A program made the translations under genes and the position numbers. The notes under the pieces are model-generated. The model was not told where the DNA came from and did no database searches. It was given only the letters and a program-made list of their open reading frames with translations. Below are positions 37,962 to 52,770 of a DNA stretch of 64,000 nt, one piece after another. Each line of letters opens with the position of its first letter. The stretch's first letter is position 1. The stretch comes from Isurus oxyrinchus (Eukaryota): the NCBI GenBank assembly GCA_026770705.1, contig JANJGN010000039.1:3534001-3598000 (forward strand). The letters run 5' to 3'.

Positions 37962-40900
37962 CGTGGGGGAGTTCTGATTCTTTAATAAACAGAGAACATT
38001 TCAGTGGTTTCTCATTTTCTCGTGTTTTCCTGCCTTTTCTCCTCACCCGCGCAATATTTCATCCACTTGTTTCTCTCACTGCACGTGCTACTGATTGCAT
38101 TCTAAATATGAATTTGGCCGCAGATTTATGTCAACTAATCAGACACCCCCAATCTTACACAGAAAGGAAAGGGCACCCGGATTGAAAAGTCCGCACAGCA
38201 CACCCCACATCCTGCCCCCAAGGTGCGGTGCCAAGCGTGTTTGCCAAAATTATCCATAGCCTAGGCATGGCTGTGACAACCACATTCAAATATCGAAGAA
38301 TCTGCAGCCTGGTCACTCTTTTCAGCCACATTCTTTAAAACATTGACATTCTGCTTCCTTTGACCCTCTCTACCCCTTCTGCCAAAGTGTATTATTTTGC
38401 CTTGCAATGCATTAAATTGCATCTGCTAATTCCTTGCCAATTCTGCTCTTTTCTCCATGTCCGATTGCAATGGATTCGTATCATCCTGACTGATTATCAT
38501 CCAACCCACCATATGTGTATCATTAACACAGTTTGAGACGTTGTGCTATATTCCAAGATCCAGCTGGTTTATAGAGAGCAAAACCAACACCCGTCCAACA
38601 CAGATTATTGGGGAAAGCTAATAGCTACAATCATCCAGACTGTAACAAAACGATTACCAAAATTTTCTGGTTTTGGTGCGTTACCGAATTGTATCCAATA
38701 GGATAGACACCCCCCGCTACTGCCTTCTATCATGAGCCTAAAGTTTCTTATCAGCGTTATCAGCGCTAAGTTGTCAATTAATACCTCAAATCTTTTTCAG
38801 CCAACAACTCCTGTATTATCTTCTTTAATTTTCCCTGCTATGATATCAGAATGCAAACTGTGTTTTCCAAGTATGTTCTTAGTTTAAGGCATGCCTTTTA
38901 CCAATCCGTTATCATTCTCAATTAAACTCAGCCGTGTCCAATTCCGGGTTGGATGCTTCGCTGTAAGGTCAGATTTAGTTATATTTTTTACTGTAGCTGG
39001 ACAGTGAGAGCATTGAATAGAGAGAGCTGGGGGGCTGAGCACCAAAAGGTGCCATTTTTTAAAAAAAGAGGAGAGAGATGCGATGCCGGGACTTAAATTG
39101 AGCGGGAGCTGAGCTGCCAGAAGAGAGATTTAAAAATTGCTGGAGCTAGATAATCAAAACAGAGACTGAAAACGTAACTGTGGCTGTTCCCCCAGAGCAG
39201 AGATTTAATAAAAGAGCGGGAGCTAAGTAGCTAGAGCAGAGGTTTATAAGAAGCTGAAACATTGATGTGACTGTGGTAGAGCATCGTTCTCAGAGTGGAC
39301 AACTGGAAAGTGCAGTAGTTGTACAGCAACATAGACAACATTTTCGTTATTCAATTACGGGATTTTGGCTTCAATTGCTGGCACAGAATTTCTTGCAAAT
39401 CAGTACTTACCCTTGTGAAGATGGTGGAGAGCTGCCTTCTTGTACAGCAGTAGTCCCTCGTGTACTTGTACACCCACAGTGCTCATAGGGATGGACTTCC
39501 AGGATTTAGACCCAGCGACAGAGAAGGAACAGCAATACATTTCGAAATCAGGGTTGCAAGTAGTTTGGGGGGGGGGGGGGTGCGGTGGGAATCTTCGAGG
39601 TTTTTGTGCTCTCTGTCGCCTGCTGCCCCTTATCCTACTAGATGGTAGCGGTCGTGTGTTTGGAAAGTGTTGCCTAAGGAGTGTTGGGGAATTGCTGAAG
39701 TGCTTCTTGTAGATGGCACACACTGCTGCCATTGATCGTCAGCGGTGGAGGGACTCAATGTGTGTCGATGTGGTGTCAAACAACCAGTTGCTTTCTGCTT
39801 AATGCTGTCAAGCTTCTTGAGTTTTGTTGAAGCTGCAAGCATCTGGGCCTGTGGAGAGTAGAGCATCACAATCCTATATTTTGCCTTGAAGATGGTGGAT
39901 AGGATTTGGGGAACCAGAAGGTGTGTTATTCTCCGCAGGATTCCTAGCCTCTGAAGTGGATTTGTAGACATCGTGTTTATATGCCTAATCCAATTCAGTT
40001 TCCAGTCAATGATAATTGCTGCTCGTGGGAAATTCGTTAATGCCATTGAACGTCAACAGGCGTTGGTTAAATTATCTGTTTTGTATACAGCGATTGCCTG
40101 GCACATGTATGGTGTGAATTATGTTTGCCAATTGTCAGCCAAAGCCTGTATATTGTCCAGGACATGCTGAGTTTGGCCTAGGCTGCCTCACTATATCAGG
40201 AGTTGGGAATGCTGTTGAGCATTGTGCATCATCAGCGAACATCTCCATTATTGACTTTGCAATGGAGGACAGATTTTTGAAGAGAGAACTAAACACTGTT
40301 GAGCGTCGGTCACTACCCTGAGAAAATCAGGTTCCCTCAGGAACTAAAATGACTGGGAGCTCAGCAGGCGGGGTGTATATTTGGAAAGTGCAGGTGCCAA
40401 AAGGTCAGAGGAACTATTTAGAAAAGATTGCTAGCGTGGCCGACTTGTGGTTATTTAGTAATTCAGGCCAAAGGCATCATCTGCGATGTATCACAATCAA
40501 TGTAGCTGTTCGAAATGGTGGTTCACGTTCACTTTGCTGTAAGAACAATGGGCGTTTGGCAATAAATGCTTTTCTTGCCAGCTATAACCCTCATGCCATG
40601 ACCAAATCTTTTTTTTTTTAAATGTTCATTTATTCCTTGACAGCAGGTGTAGGTTTCTATCTAACGGCACGTTCCATTTGCCATTTTAATTGGCCGTTCT
40701 TGTGGCCAAACATTTCCCTGGATGATTAGACTGGTCAACTAGGAAAGGTTAAGGCGATTTTGTGTTAGTATCTGAGAAAACTGAATGACCCAGACAGCAT
40801 GGTCAAGGAGTAGGAGTGGATGATCGATGCATATCCTCTTCAGGGAGCCAATAAGGAAAGGGCAGGTCAAATTCTGTGTTCCGTGCTGTAACCTGTATAT

Positions 40901-41939
40901 GGTTGCATCTACGATCTGTGTTTAAGTGAATGGGAATAAATGATGAGAATATGTGAAGAGAAGAATTACATTATGTTTGTTCATGCGCAAAATACAAAGG
41001 AATACAAAGGAAGATGTTTATGGTCGGGCCATGAGCGAGTGGACGTTTCATAGCTGGGAATTGGTGCGGATATCTGGTGGAAGCTTCACTAGTTGTTTTG
41101 ATGAGTGGACTTCAAGTTAATAATTTTCAGACGCCACAGCATCTGTGAATTGTGATAACAAGCATTTGGTGGCCGTGTGTGTGAAAAGACCAGAAAACAT
41201 GAAACATAGACTGTTGTGTATGAGCATGTGGGGAGGAGGCCGTCCCTGTCTTCGTGAATAATTAAGTTTGAGTTTTGCAAGCTTGCAAAGGAATTGTAGG
41301 GAAATCCGAAATCAATATATGGAACCGTCTCTAAGTCCGATAGATCGTGGGCATGAGTCTTGAATTTACCATATGATCAATTGCGCCAATGCCCAGTCTT
41401 TCACAAAGCACGTGATCACCAGGCAGTCTTTGTTTTAATCATGTGATTTATATGGAACTCTGAGTAGCAGCTCATTGTGCAGCAGTCGGATATTTGGGGG
41501 GAGCCAGGTTTCATGAAACCTGTTCTGAAACTGCCCCATATATTATTCGGCCCAGAAGAGACATTGAAGGGTATTTGTGCTGTTTTTCTATGTTACGCTT
41601 GTTCGAGTTATTTTGATCCAGCCTGTGATGTATGGGCTGTTGATCAGAGCATCTGCTCCAATGAGCTCTATGCGATCAGAGACTGGCATCACAATTCAAA
41701 CTCTCAAACCCTGCAACTATAACCAGGGTTGTTCAGTAATTTTCTTTTTATTATTATCATCATGTCTCAAGTCCACCATTTATTATAGAATAAAGTGAAA
41801 AGGAGTTCAATTTGAGACTACACCATGAAAGAGTATTTTCACCTGGGATGTAATTTTATCCAGAGTCAGCATACATCACTTCAAGTATTTTGCTAATGTG
41901 ACTCCCTTCAGGCACAGCTTTTAAGTCCTCCTGCATATG

Positions 41940-42844
41940 TCAATTGGTTTTCAGCTGTAATTTGACTAATTTTACGCACCGTTTCAAAGAGTATTGCATT
42001 CCGTTCCTCAGCTCCTCCCTAAACCTAGACTGTGTCAGCACATAAATGAAGGTATTTGTGCAGCAACTGAGGACCGCAAGCATGATTGCAACTGACCCAA
42101 GTTCATTAGTGCCAGAATATGAAATGATTGTTGTATGCAGAGAGAAAACATATGCGACTGGAGTTGTCCAAAGCAATATAAAGCTGCCGGTTATACTGAA
42201 GAGTAAAATTATGGACTTTCTTCGTCTTTCTATCTCTGGATCATTGTGATGCTCTCCATTGCAGCAACCGCGGAGACCCCTGCGAACTCTACTGGCAGCT
42301 AAAATACGTCTCACCGTCAAAACATTTCGCAACAAAATTAAAATGAATGGAACAAGTGGGGTCAAAGTTAGCACAAAGAAATCAAATGCAGCCCATTCAG
42401 CAGAACTGAAAAATGTCTGTTTTAGTTTGCAACCGCGAGGTACATTGCCAAATATATATGCAGATTCATAAGCAAAATACCAGGGAATGTTTGTCAAACA
42501 ACTCAAAACACTCACTACTGATATGACAGCTACACCTGTTTTCTCTGTGCAATATTTTTTTCTCAGTTCCAGACAACATATCGCCACAAAACGATCGAAG
42601 GTGAACACCAATGTCAACCAGATGGAGGCTGAAGTGACTACATAAATCAATGTCTCCATTAGCTGGCATACCGTGCTCATGGTCAAGAATGAATCTGGAA
42701 AATAAATATTCAGCATTTCCTTCAGTATGACTTCAGTACAAATAAACAGGAGATCAGCCGCTGCCATCGCAATCATATAACATGTAATGCATTTGGAGAG
42801 ACCACACTTTCTTCTGGAAAGGATGACAATCGCAACAACATTAC
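41940..42844 (-). CDS. GPR139/GPR142-like class A GPCR, receptor B unit 2, exon 2 (324-aa protein when joined to 51782-51851)
   Basis: Acceptor cctcactttcag| at 42845. Reads GNVVAIVILSRRKCGLSKC, MAAADLL, FTFDRFVAICC, RRKSIILLF, SCCTNTFIY. 70 + 905 = 975 nt, open to TGA. Confidence 0.9.
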
Positions 42845-45800
42845 CTGAAAGTGAGGAAGAGAGAGAAGGGAGATAGACGTCACAGATGAACAAGGCAACT
42901 TCTCTTGCAGTTGCAGCAAAGGCTCATGCATTTCACCCAAACATGCAGGACCTGCTTCCCGAGATGAGCATATACTAAATGTGGATTGGACTTAGTAAAT
43001 GTGGACAGGGAAATGATCATTCCTCTTTTGATAGGAACATCATCAGTTTAAACTGGGCAACTAGTGTGCAATAACGATTGAGCTTCTTGAGCGAGAATGT
43101 GATGTGGACAATTTGAAGGTACAAAAACGGCTCGGCATGTTGAACTTTAGATAGTAAGTAGGAGGTGTAAAGAGACAACTAATGTGTGAAGGTGCAATAT
43201 CATTTGGGAAATAAAGACGCAAAATGGAATCTTGGGAAAGCAGAGTTAGACTCTGGAAGAGGTAGTCGTGCAATGTGCGCTGCGTGGTTTATGGATGCGG
43301 TAAGTATTTGAAATGGTTGCTGTGACACAGGACTCACAGCTCGTACGTAAATTGTTGCCCAGCAGCATTGGCATACTCTAAACGCTTGGGAGTGTAAAGA
43401 TGGAATATTAACTGCACAGGATATGTTAGAATGGTCACTGGGCTACAAAGAAACACTAGCATAGACGAGGCCGAACAAGGGTTTACCCAGGAGACTTCAC
43501 AGATCCGGTCCAATGAGAATCAAAACATGGTGACATTTTTATGCAGATTCTCATTGAAACGTTGTGGTAGGAGATGAGGGCAGATGAGTCAGGTTTTTTT
43601 TTTAAGGCAAACTCAGTAATGGAAGGTTAATATGCAGGCTGGGCATTGTGAAGGTTTAGGTCAGGTGAATGCATCGCAAATTCATTGCAGAAAAAAAGTG
43701 AAGCAACATTTCTTTGCCAACTGTGTATATTTGGTGCTGATCAAGTGGGTAGTTTAATGGCCGAATGGGAACAGTGACATAGGTATCAGATTAAGTGTGA
43801 AATATTTATTGGCCAACTGCAAGGCAGAGTGGGAATTGTGCAAGACCACGCTTCTTTCTGGACGGACTAGTTTAAATTGCAGTGAATGGATATCGCAAAA
43901 AACAGGGACAATAGGACTCGCAGCGATACAGGACACATTGTTAAAGTGTAGTAAGCAATTCGAAGATGGGATTCCAGTGTGTTTAAAATCAACTATCTAT
44001 TCTGGGGAGACAGGGGTACGTTCCCATTGATTGATGAGCTGTATATCAAAGCACTTTTTTTTCCGAAAGGGCATAAGGGAGTCACTTGCATGTCATTCAC
44101 AATATCTGTGAGAAATGATTTGAAACGTGAAGCTGAACACTGACACTTGCAGGACACCAAGGGCAAAAGTTCCAAGTCGACATGGACCGTGACGGGCCCA
44201 TCGATTTGAGTAGGTAGATTATTTTAGGTCTAATATATGATTAGAAGAGCAAAACAATGAAGTGTCGAAAAATTGATGATAATGATCTAACTCCTAACAT
44301 ATGCATGGTTAAATTATCATACGTTGCAGCTATTTTCATTTTAGATTGTTTCGGATCATACCATCCTTCAATTTTAGCAATATTTCGTAAAATGCATATT
44401 TATTTTTCAAAATGCAAGAACATTTTTGTGAATTAGCTATCTAAATCAATGATCTGTTACTATACAGAAGACTAAACTGAAAGATTTCTACTAATTACTG
44501 ATTAAATCCAATAAGCTTCATTAATCAAGCGAAATTGACGTGAGCCTCAGATACTAGTGCCTGCATCAACGTTTCTGTTGTTTAACTAATAAAACTCCGT
44601 AGAATTTTTGAAGAATGGAGTTTCTCACTGAATCTCAATGAACCTATTTGTTGCTGCCATACATTTACTAAGTTCATGCACATGTTCATTTATTTATTAT
44701 CTGCATTTCAAAGCAAGTTAAATAACTCTAATAATTAATATCCAAAGTAAGTAATTGTTCGCTTCCTAAATTGTGTTTGTGGTTCGGATGCCTATGGTGT
44801 AGGATAGGATTTCATGGCTCTTGCAAGGGTACAGAATAGATTTTCGTATGAAATCTCTGGTTAGACTCAGGATGCCCAAATTCAGGAATATAAAATGCAC
44901 ATTCTCACAAGGAAGGGATGAGTTCAATGAAGTACTAAGTGCTTTGAAGGCTTTGCAACCTGGAGCAGACAGAAAGTGTAGCTTCCGCAAACTTGTATTT
45001 GGGAAAACATCAATGCAATGGAGCAATGTCTATAAACAGGGTGTTGAATTAACATTTTGGATCATATTAATTCCTGAGGATGTTCATTAATTTTTTACAT
45101 GAGCTTTGGAAAAAGAAAGTGGTATTAGTCAGATAAAGATAAACAGAATTTTACATTTCTGTATCAGCTTGTAAGTTAGATTTATGTTCATTTATCATAA
45201 ACAAATTATTCCCTGAACAAATCTAGTATTGATATCCTTACAATGGCATGAATTTTCACTCAGAGTCATAAATATCAATTCGCTTTTTTGAATTAAACAG
45301 AGATGGTTAACCAGATTATTAGCAGTTGAACCTGTACTTGACAGAACTGTAAATAAGGAAACAGTTAAAAGTAGGAAAAAGACAGTAATTTTAACAATTA
45401 TATATTGAAGCAGCAAATGTTTGAACAAATTAATTATCAAAACTAATATCCAATAAATTTTCCACATGTTTCTAGAAGTTTCTTCTACATTAAACATTGA
45501 AATGCCCCAGGAATGAACCACAGAATTTTCTAACGAATTCAACGGTGAATTATCCAAACCATTATACATCATTTTATCTGTGAAATTAAGTGTACAGATA
45601 TCAAGTATATTATCCACATAAGCCCCTGATCAAATAACTCGAGAATTGAACATTTATATAGGCTGCACAATTGCTATCTGAAAATGCAATCTGCTTCTCT
45701 TATTGATTTGCTGTTTGTGAAAAGAAACATAGAGCAGGTTCAATGCACATTGACCTGTATGCCTTTTGGAGTGGTTTCCGTAAATACCCCAGTCTGATGA

Positions 45801-48800
45801 ACTACAGAGCGATTTAGTTTCTGCCACCTTCCTAACTCTATGTCACTTCAGGAGCGTTGTTTGCTTCGTAATGTAAGCACAAATTAACATTTATCTGTGG
45901 CATCATTTGTATGCAATGCAGATCCTAAAGTTCAAATTCATTTTAGGGACGTTGTGAATGTTCTGGCTAAAGCAACACTGAGTGAGATCCACTGAACAGT
46001 GTTTTTGGTTATGACACATTTCTGCAGACTCGGTAGCAACACTAACAGTAGAAAGACAGGCCAAGACACCCGGTGCAGGTTAAAAACACTGAAAGTGATT
46101 TACGTTCATAAAGCAACGTTACATCAAGTAGGCATCAGACTGGATTTCACGTTTTTCGGCGTTGTGATATTGGGTAAATGCAAAATGAGTGGCCTACTCC
46201 CTCTTGTCCCACTCATCCTCCCTTAGGCGGCCTCCACCTCGTCAATCCATCCAATTCCGGGGAAGAGGCAATGAAAGATGCAAAATGGTGTCCGCATCCA
46301 ATCGACAGTGAATGCCTGGACGTCATGCAGCAGAGTGTAATGCTGTGAACAGACAGTCGCTATGGCTACAAGCTCAAAACAACCTATACTCAGACATTTT
46401 TTTGAAAAATACTTTTCATTCAATGCTCAGGCAAGAAACGAAAAAGTGAGAAATAAAGCTTGAAGATGCAGCCATCTTCTCCAGCACAATCTGCTGCTAC
46501 ATTTGATCATGCTCCTGGAGGCAGGAGTTCCCTACCGCTCTTTGCCCGTCTCACAATAGCTGCACAAAAACACTTATTTTTCTCATCCGAGCCACAGCAA
46601 ATGCAATGCACCAAACAGCACAACATACGATTGGTTTACTGACAAGCTCAATAACCTGTTAATAAGTAACTTGAGAATGGTTGACCCGCCCATTCTCCAT
46701 CTGCATTTGGGGAGAAGTAAGTACACGACACCATTATACTCGATGCAGGTATCTGATATTTGTGCAGATTCAACGTTTTCGATGGGGGTGGGTGATGCTG
46801 GGGAGTGGGGGTGGTAAGCGGGGTGTGTGCGAGGGGTGATGGGGAGTGTGAGTGTGTAGGTTTGAGCTGCAATTTGGGGAGAAATGTCCAGCCCATCGTT
46901 TCGGCTACAGATTTAGGTATTCAGGAACGAATTGAAGATATACATCCTCAGTTGGGAACCAGACTACTGCGAAAGGATTTGAACTAAAACATGCATGTTG
47001 CAGTCTGTCTTAGTTTAGTGCTACAAAGTAAACATAAAGGAACGTCCTTTCGTATCAAATGACAAAAACATTCATAGATTCGGCATTATGCAGCACTTTC
47101 TTTTTGGGAAATCATTGGTAGGATCAGCATTTTTCCGAGAGCAGATATTATTCTTCTTGCTGTCCATGTGATGCGGTTGCACACACAGTGTTACGAGTGA
47201 TGGATTTACAGGTGTTTGATCCAGTGGCATTCAGGGAACGCTAATGTGTCTCGGAGTCAGTGTGGGGTGTGACTTGGAAAGGATTTTGCAATAAGAGTGT
47301 TCCCATGCCACTTCTGCTCGTATCCTTCCAGGCTTTTGAAGTGAATTGCTCGAAAGGATGACTTTTGCCGACACCTGTCATATATCAGGAGTTGCTGCAA
47401 TCATACCTTAAAACGGGGCATTGACCTGGTGAATTGTGAGACAGGACGACTTGTATGCAAAGCAATGGATGCAGAATGTGATTGACAGGGCTAATTGATC
47501 CAACCAGCAAATAACGTTAACTTAGCTCTGAAGTTCTGCTCATGCCATCTTGAATGATGTTGGACAGAGCAACGAATCAAGGGTGGTGAACACCCCACCA
47601 ATATCCATATCGGCAATGATTGTGGAGCGCAGCACATCAGTGCATACACATGGCTCAAGAACTTTCCGCCATATTCAGACTGACATGAAGGGTGGGTGAA
47701 ACATCCCGTCCCCCTTCTGAGGATGAGAGCGTCACAGATGCCAATTTTGAGCTAATGTGATTCACTGCACTTCATCTAAAGGAATGACTGAAGGAACGGG
47801 ATGATGCAGAGACTATGGGTCCTGTCAGATACCGGCAATCGTCCGGGCGTTCAGTGCTCCCGAATAAATCTTCCTAGACAAACTGGTATAGGACAGCTAA
47901 AACACTGGCCTTTAAGCGAAAATGTGAGCTGTCGCACAGCTGGGTCTATCCACAAAAACAAAACTCGTCAAATCGGACCAATAATTACCCCCTTATCCCC
48001 TATTCTTCATCATGAACATATTGATGGAATCGGTCATGGTAATTGCTTTCAATCGCCATGTACTAGTGAGCAACTTGCTCACTGATGACCATTTTCTGCT
48101 TCGTATGAGCTCCAACTCTCGGTTCGGCCTTAAAGCAAACATGGTCAAAAGTGCTGAATTCACGCGGGGAGTGGAGAGCGGATGTTATTTACATCAAGAC
48201 AACATTTGAAATTCTGTGGTAAGAAGGAGATATATCAGGATTCAGGTCAATAAACATAATGGGGAAGCATCTCCATTGATTGCTGTCATACCTATCACAA
48301 AGAAGACTTTTTCTTGTTTTGTTTCTCAGGTGAATCATCTCATCCCGATGAAAGCACTGCACGAGATCCTATGGGCAGTGTCCTGAGTCAAACCACCTTG
48401 AGCTTCTTCATCAATTAACTTCTTGCAACATATGCCCAGAGGAAGTCTTATGGTAGGGGAGTGAGTGGCAGGAGTGTCTGCTGATGATTGTTTAAATTTC
48501 AAAACCATTCGCGATTCAACAGATGCTGAAGAAATCTTGCCCTTGTCCACCAAGACCTGGGCAATATCCAGGATTCTGCTGAAAACTGATAAGTCATATT
48601 AGACACACAACCGACAGGAAATGACCACCTACGATAAAAAAGTGTCCAACAATTTCTCATAGATATTTAATGGTATCACCATCGTTTAATTCTCCATTTT
48701 GAAGATCCACGGAAAAACCATTGACTATAAACTGTGACTAGAAGCGCAAGTCAGGACTGGGACTTCTGTGGCGAGGACATACCCGCCTGACTCTGCAAAA

Positions 48801-51781
48801 CCTTCACTCCATCTATAATGCACAATTCAGGAATCTACTGGAATAAACAACAGTTTTCTGGATGAGTTCTGCTTCAATAACATTCAACAATATTGAACTA
48901 ATCCACGACAAATCAGGCTGCTTGTTTGACAACTAATGCTTAGCTTTAATGATTCAAGCTGTTTATCTCTAGCGAATAGCTATTCTTACTGATTTTAAAG
49001 TTCATTTAAACCATCAACCAACACCTGAGGAAAATAACTTCATCGAAAACGGGAATTTTGGCTTCGCCCAATTCCATTGTTGCTTTCCTAAATATCATTT
49101 GGCCACGCCTCTCCGTTCAGTGAGCACCATTTTTCAGAGCGCTAAGAGCACGGGAAACTTATATTCAACCTCATGGCATTATGTAAAACACGGGCACTGA
49201 ATATTCCCTTCTGTTGACCACCTCCCGTTCCCCTCAGATGATGAATGAATGAGCATCCATGGACGAATCATAGAATCACAGAATCACAGTGCACAAGAGG
49301 CACTTCAGCCCTTCGAGTCTGTACTGGCATGTGCAAAACACCTGTCCTGACTACTTAATTACATTTACCAGAAATTGACACATAGCCTTGAAGGTATTGA
49401 TGTGCCAAGTGCTCATCCAGTTACTTTTTAAAGGATGTGAGACAATCTGTCTCTACCACCCTGCCAGGCAGCGCATTAGAGACATTCAACAAACTCAGGG
49501 GAAAAAAGTTTTTCCTCCAATCCCACCTAAAACACCTGCACCTCACGCTTAACTTATGCACTCTTGTGGGGCATAAAACGAAGTTTTGGTGAGTGGCAAG
49601 AAACAAAAACTATTGTATGCAGGTGCTGTCATCGTCTATGACCAAGACAGGTTCGGTAGCACCACTAGTGGCCGATCAGGCCGAGTCAGACATATAACCG
49701 CTGGATTGGGTCTTTGGAAGGTGATCAGGGAAACAACAAGGTGCAAAGACCGAAATGAACACGCCTCACCAAACGTCAAGCAACATATGCACCTGCCCAT
49801 TACAGGAATGATAGGATAGGCCACCACATGCTCCTTGTGCAGACATAGTCGGCCCTCACATTGGAAAGTTCCTCCATCGTATAATGTGACACCACCTTTG
49901 TGCGATATGGGGTAGTTTTCAATCTGATCAGCAACATAAAAGTGGGCATTCATCAGGCAATTTGTGCCATATGCTAGACCAGGGATGTGCACAACCAGAG
50001 TTTGCAATTCCAAACCCAATCTATCTCCAACTCCTCAATTTTCATGTGGCATTATTATGGTGATGGTTGTGGTGCAGGACAAGCATTCCAAATTCTCCTT
50101 TTGGCGTGAGTTTTTGCGCTGTTGTTATAGCTGTGCTACAATGATTGTTAACAAGATAATTCCTTGAATTACTGGGAATTAGCTGGGATATTCCAATGTG
50201 GTGACATTGACGAGACTGACCCTATGCTTTCTGGAGCTTTGCCAAATGAGAAATGATCTCACTGAATCATAGACCGTTCTTACAGGGTTCGATGTTACAG
50301 ATGTTGGAGGGATGTGCCCCTGGCTGATGTGTCTAATATCATGAGAGACAGTATCAGAATAACAGGTGTGCATTTAGGGCAGACATGAGGGGGAATTTCT
50401 TCACTCAGAGAGCAGCGAATGTTTGAAACTATCTCTCCCAACAGCAGCAGAGGCTCAGTCATTGGGAATGTTGAAGGCAGCGCGATGAACCATTTTCTAA
50501 ATGATAAATGCATCCAGAGATATGCGATAGTGCAAGGAAATGAATTGAATGCATCTTTACAGCTATGATATAATTGAGTAGTTGAACAAGCTCAAGCGGC
50601 CAAATTGTTAACTTCTGCTCCCACTGCCTCTGCCTCTATGCTCTTTTGTCAGAACCTGCATGTCACTTAGCAATGCGAGATTCAAAAAGAGACAGGGGAG
50701 TCCGAAAATGCTTTAATCCAACTAATTTCAATCCTCAATACAAATCAAATAAACTTGCAAGTTTTTTTTACATCAGCAGGTAGTGCAGGGTGAGAAATTG
50801 AATGGAGCAGAATATTCAGAACCAAATTACTACTTGGGGTGTGTAGTTGTTTCAAAATCAGGCCACTTATGGCTCAGTCAGTTGAAATCTCGGTGCTGAG
50901 ATAGATGTTTAACGATTTGCTTCCGGCGCCAGGACTTCAGAACAAAGTTCTCGGCTAATGTTCCAATGTCTTAGTAAATTAATTCTGCACTTCCACAAGC
51001 AGAACCTTTAAGAAAAGATGTCAAATTGATTCACGAGGAAAACGTAAAAAGATTCAATTCCACTTTTTCGAGGAGCAACATTGTTGTAGTCCCCTGTGTC
51101 CTGAACGAAATTTATACCTCAGCTAAAATCCACAAAATAATACAATCCGGTCATTGTTAACATTATGTCTATGGAAGCTTAAAGAGCACAAATCACGCTT
51201 ACTTTAAGTAATTCCATCAACGTGGTCGTGAACAAAGGCTGTTGAAAATCATTTGTATCAACATACAAGTGAGTAAGACTTCGGAATGTCTTAATCACAC
51301 ACAGCAATGTGATTCAGCCAAGTTTCCAGATTTCGTGACTTCACACTGATTTGTAAAAATATCGCTGTTAAAAAGTACGTGATTTGACAGGGATTCTGTT
51401 GCTTGCGATATTGGAAAACGGGAAAACCGTGAGCAAACACTTTCAAATAGTTCAAGCTGAATTCTGGAGAATGCGAATTTGCCCTTGCATTGATTTTCAT
51501 AGACACGTCTTATCTCCAATTTTAAAGACGGTCTGCACTTGGTCATGACAATTATTGCAGAGCGCACCCAAATTCAAGAAATTCCTCAAAGAATAAATAC
51601 GGTGTCAACACTCTAGAACGATGCATGAAAGATGAAGCAATAGTAAGAAAGCAGTTAACATGACACCTAAACTTTGATAACTCTCCAACAGAAAAGGAAT
51701 GGTTTCACGTTACCAGCAACACCATTTGAGAAGAAAGTCAATATTCATTTATACGTCCACTGATTGTGTTTAGGCTCTTAC

Positions 51782-51851
51782 CTGGTACACCAGCAGCTGC
51801 GAGAATCGGGTAGTAAATGGCTTCTATCTTGAGAAGTATCAGTTCTCCCAT
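51782..51851 (-). CDS. First coding exon of receptor B unit 2 (MGELILLKIEAIYYPILAAAGVP-G)
   Basis: aagATGg start in good Kozak context; phase-1 donor G|gtaaga at 51781; supplies the N-terminal half of TM1. Confidence 0.88.
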
Positions 51852-52514
51852 CTTTATGAGAAGCTGTCTTTCCTCCTGAGATGGGTAAAAAAGGATGGAA
51901 TGGAACGATGTGAGCTGGAACTTACAAACATACCCTTCTCCTTTGAATTAATATCAGAAACTTAAAATAAACAAAGTAAAATCACTGTCGAGACTCGGAA
52001 GGAGATACCACATTAATTAACCCCAGAATATAAGGGGAAAACTCTCACCAAAGCATTCGTAACAGGGAAGAGAGAAAACCTGCTACATTTTACAGACATG
52101 AAGCCCTGTATATAAACATCCTAACCCACGTCCGCTACCACCTAGAAAGACAAAGGTAACATAGACATGAGAAAGCCACCACCAGTAGCTCCTCTCCAAA
52201 CTCCTCACCGACGGATTTGGAAATATATCACCGTTCCTTCACTGCCTCTGTGTCAAAGTACTGGACCTCCCCCTTATAACACAGACTACAGCAGCTCAAA
52301 AACGCATCTCACTACCATCTTTTCAAGGACAAATAGGGATGGACAATAAATGCTGGCCTCGCCAGCTTCGCCCACATTCAATGAATGGATAGAATAAGAG
52401 AAATTCCTATTGTTAGCCTGAGTTTGTGAAAATAAACGTACATTAGACAACGAGAACTTCGACAATTGGTTTGTAAATGCCCCGTATCTGACAAATTGCA
52501 ACAAAGGCTATTTG

Positions 52515-52770
52515 CTGTGAGAAGCGCTAATTGAAGCAGAATCACTGAGTCTTTTGGAGAACATGAAATGATCCGTTCAGAGAAACTCTTATTTATACAA
52601 CAGTTAAATCCCCATTAGCTCATTCATGTTCCCTGAAGAAATAAATCAACTTCAGTCATTGAACAAACAGGTTACGTCAGTCTCTCTCCTTGTGAAAGCA
52701 ACCACTTCAAAGTGAAACGTCCAATATTGGACTGATGTCTGTGGTCAAACCAGTGGAAGGGGCTGCATGT
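52515..52770 (-). promoter_or_regulatory. Putative GPCR core promoter, unit 2; TATAAATA at 52590-52597
   Basis: Conserved paralog of 22940-23190. Confidence 0.6.
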
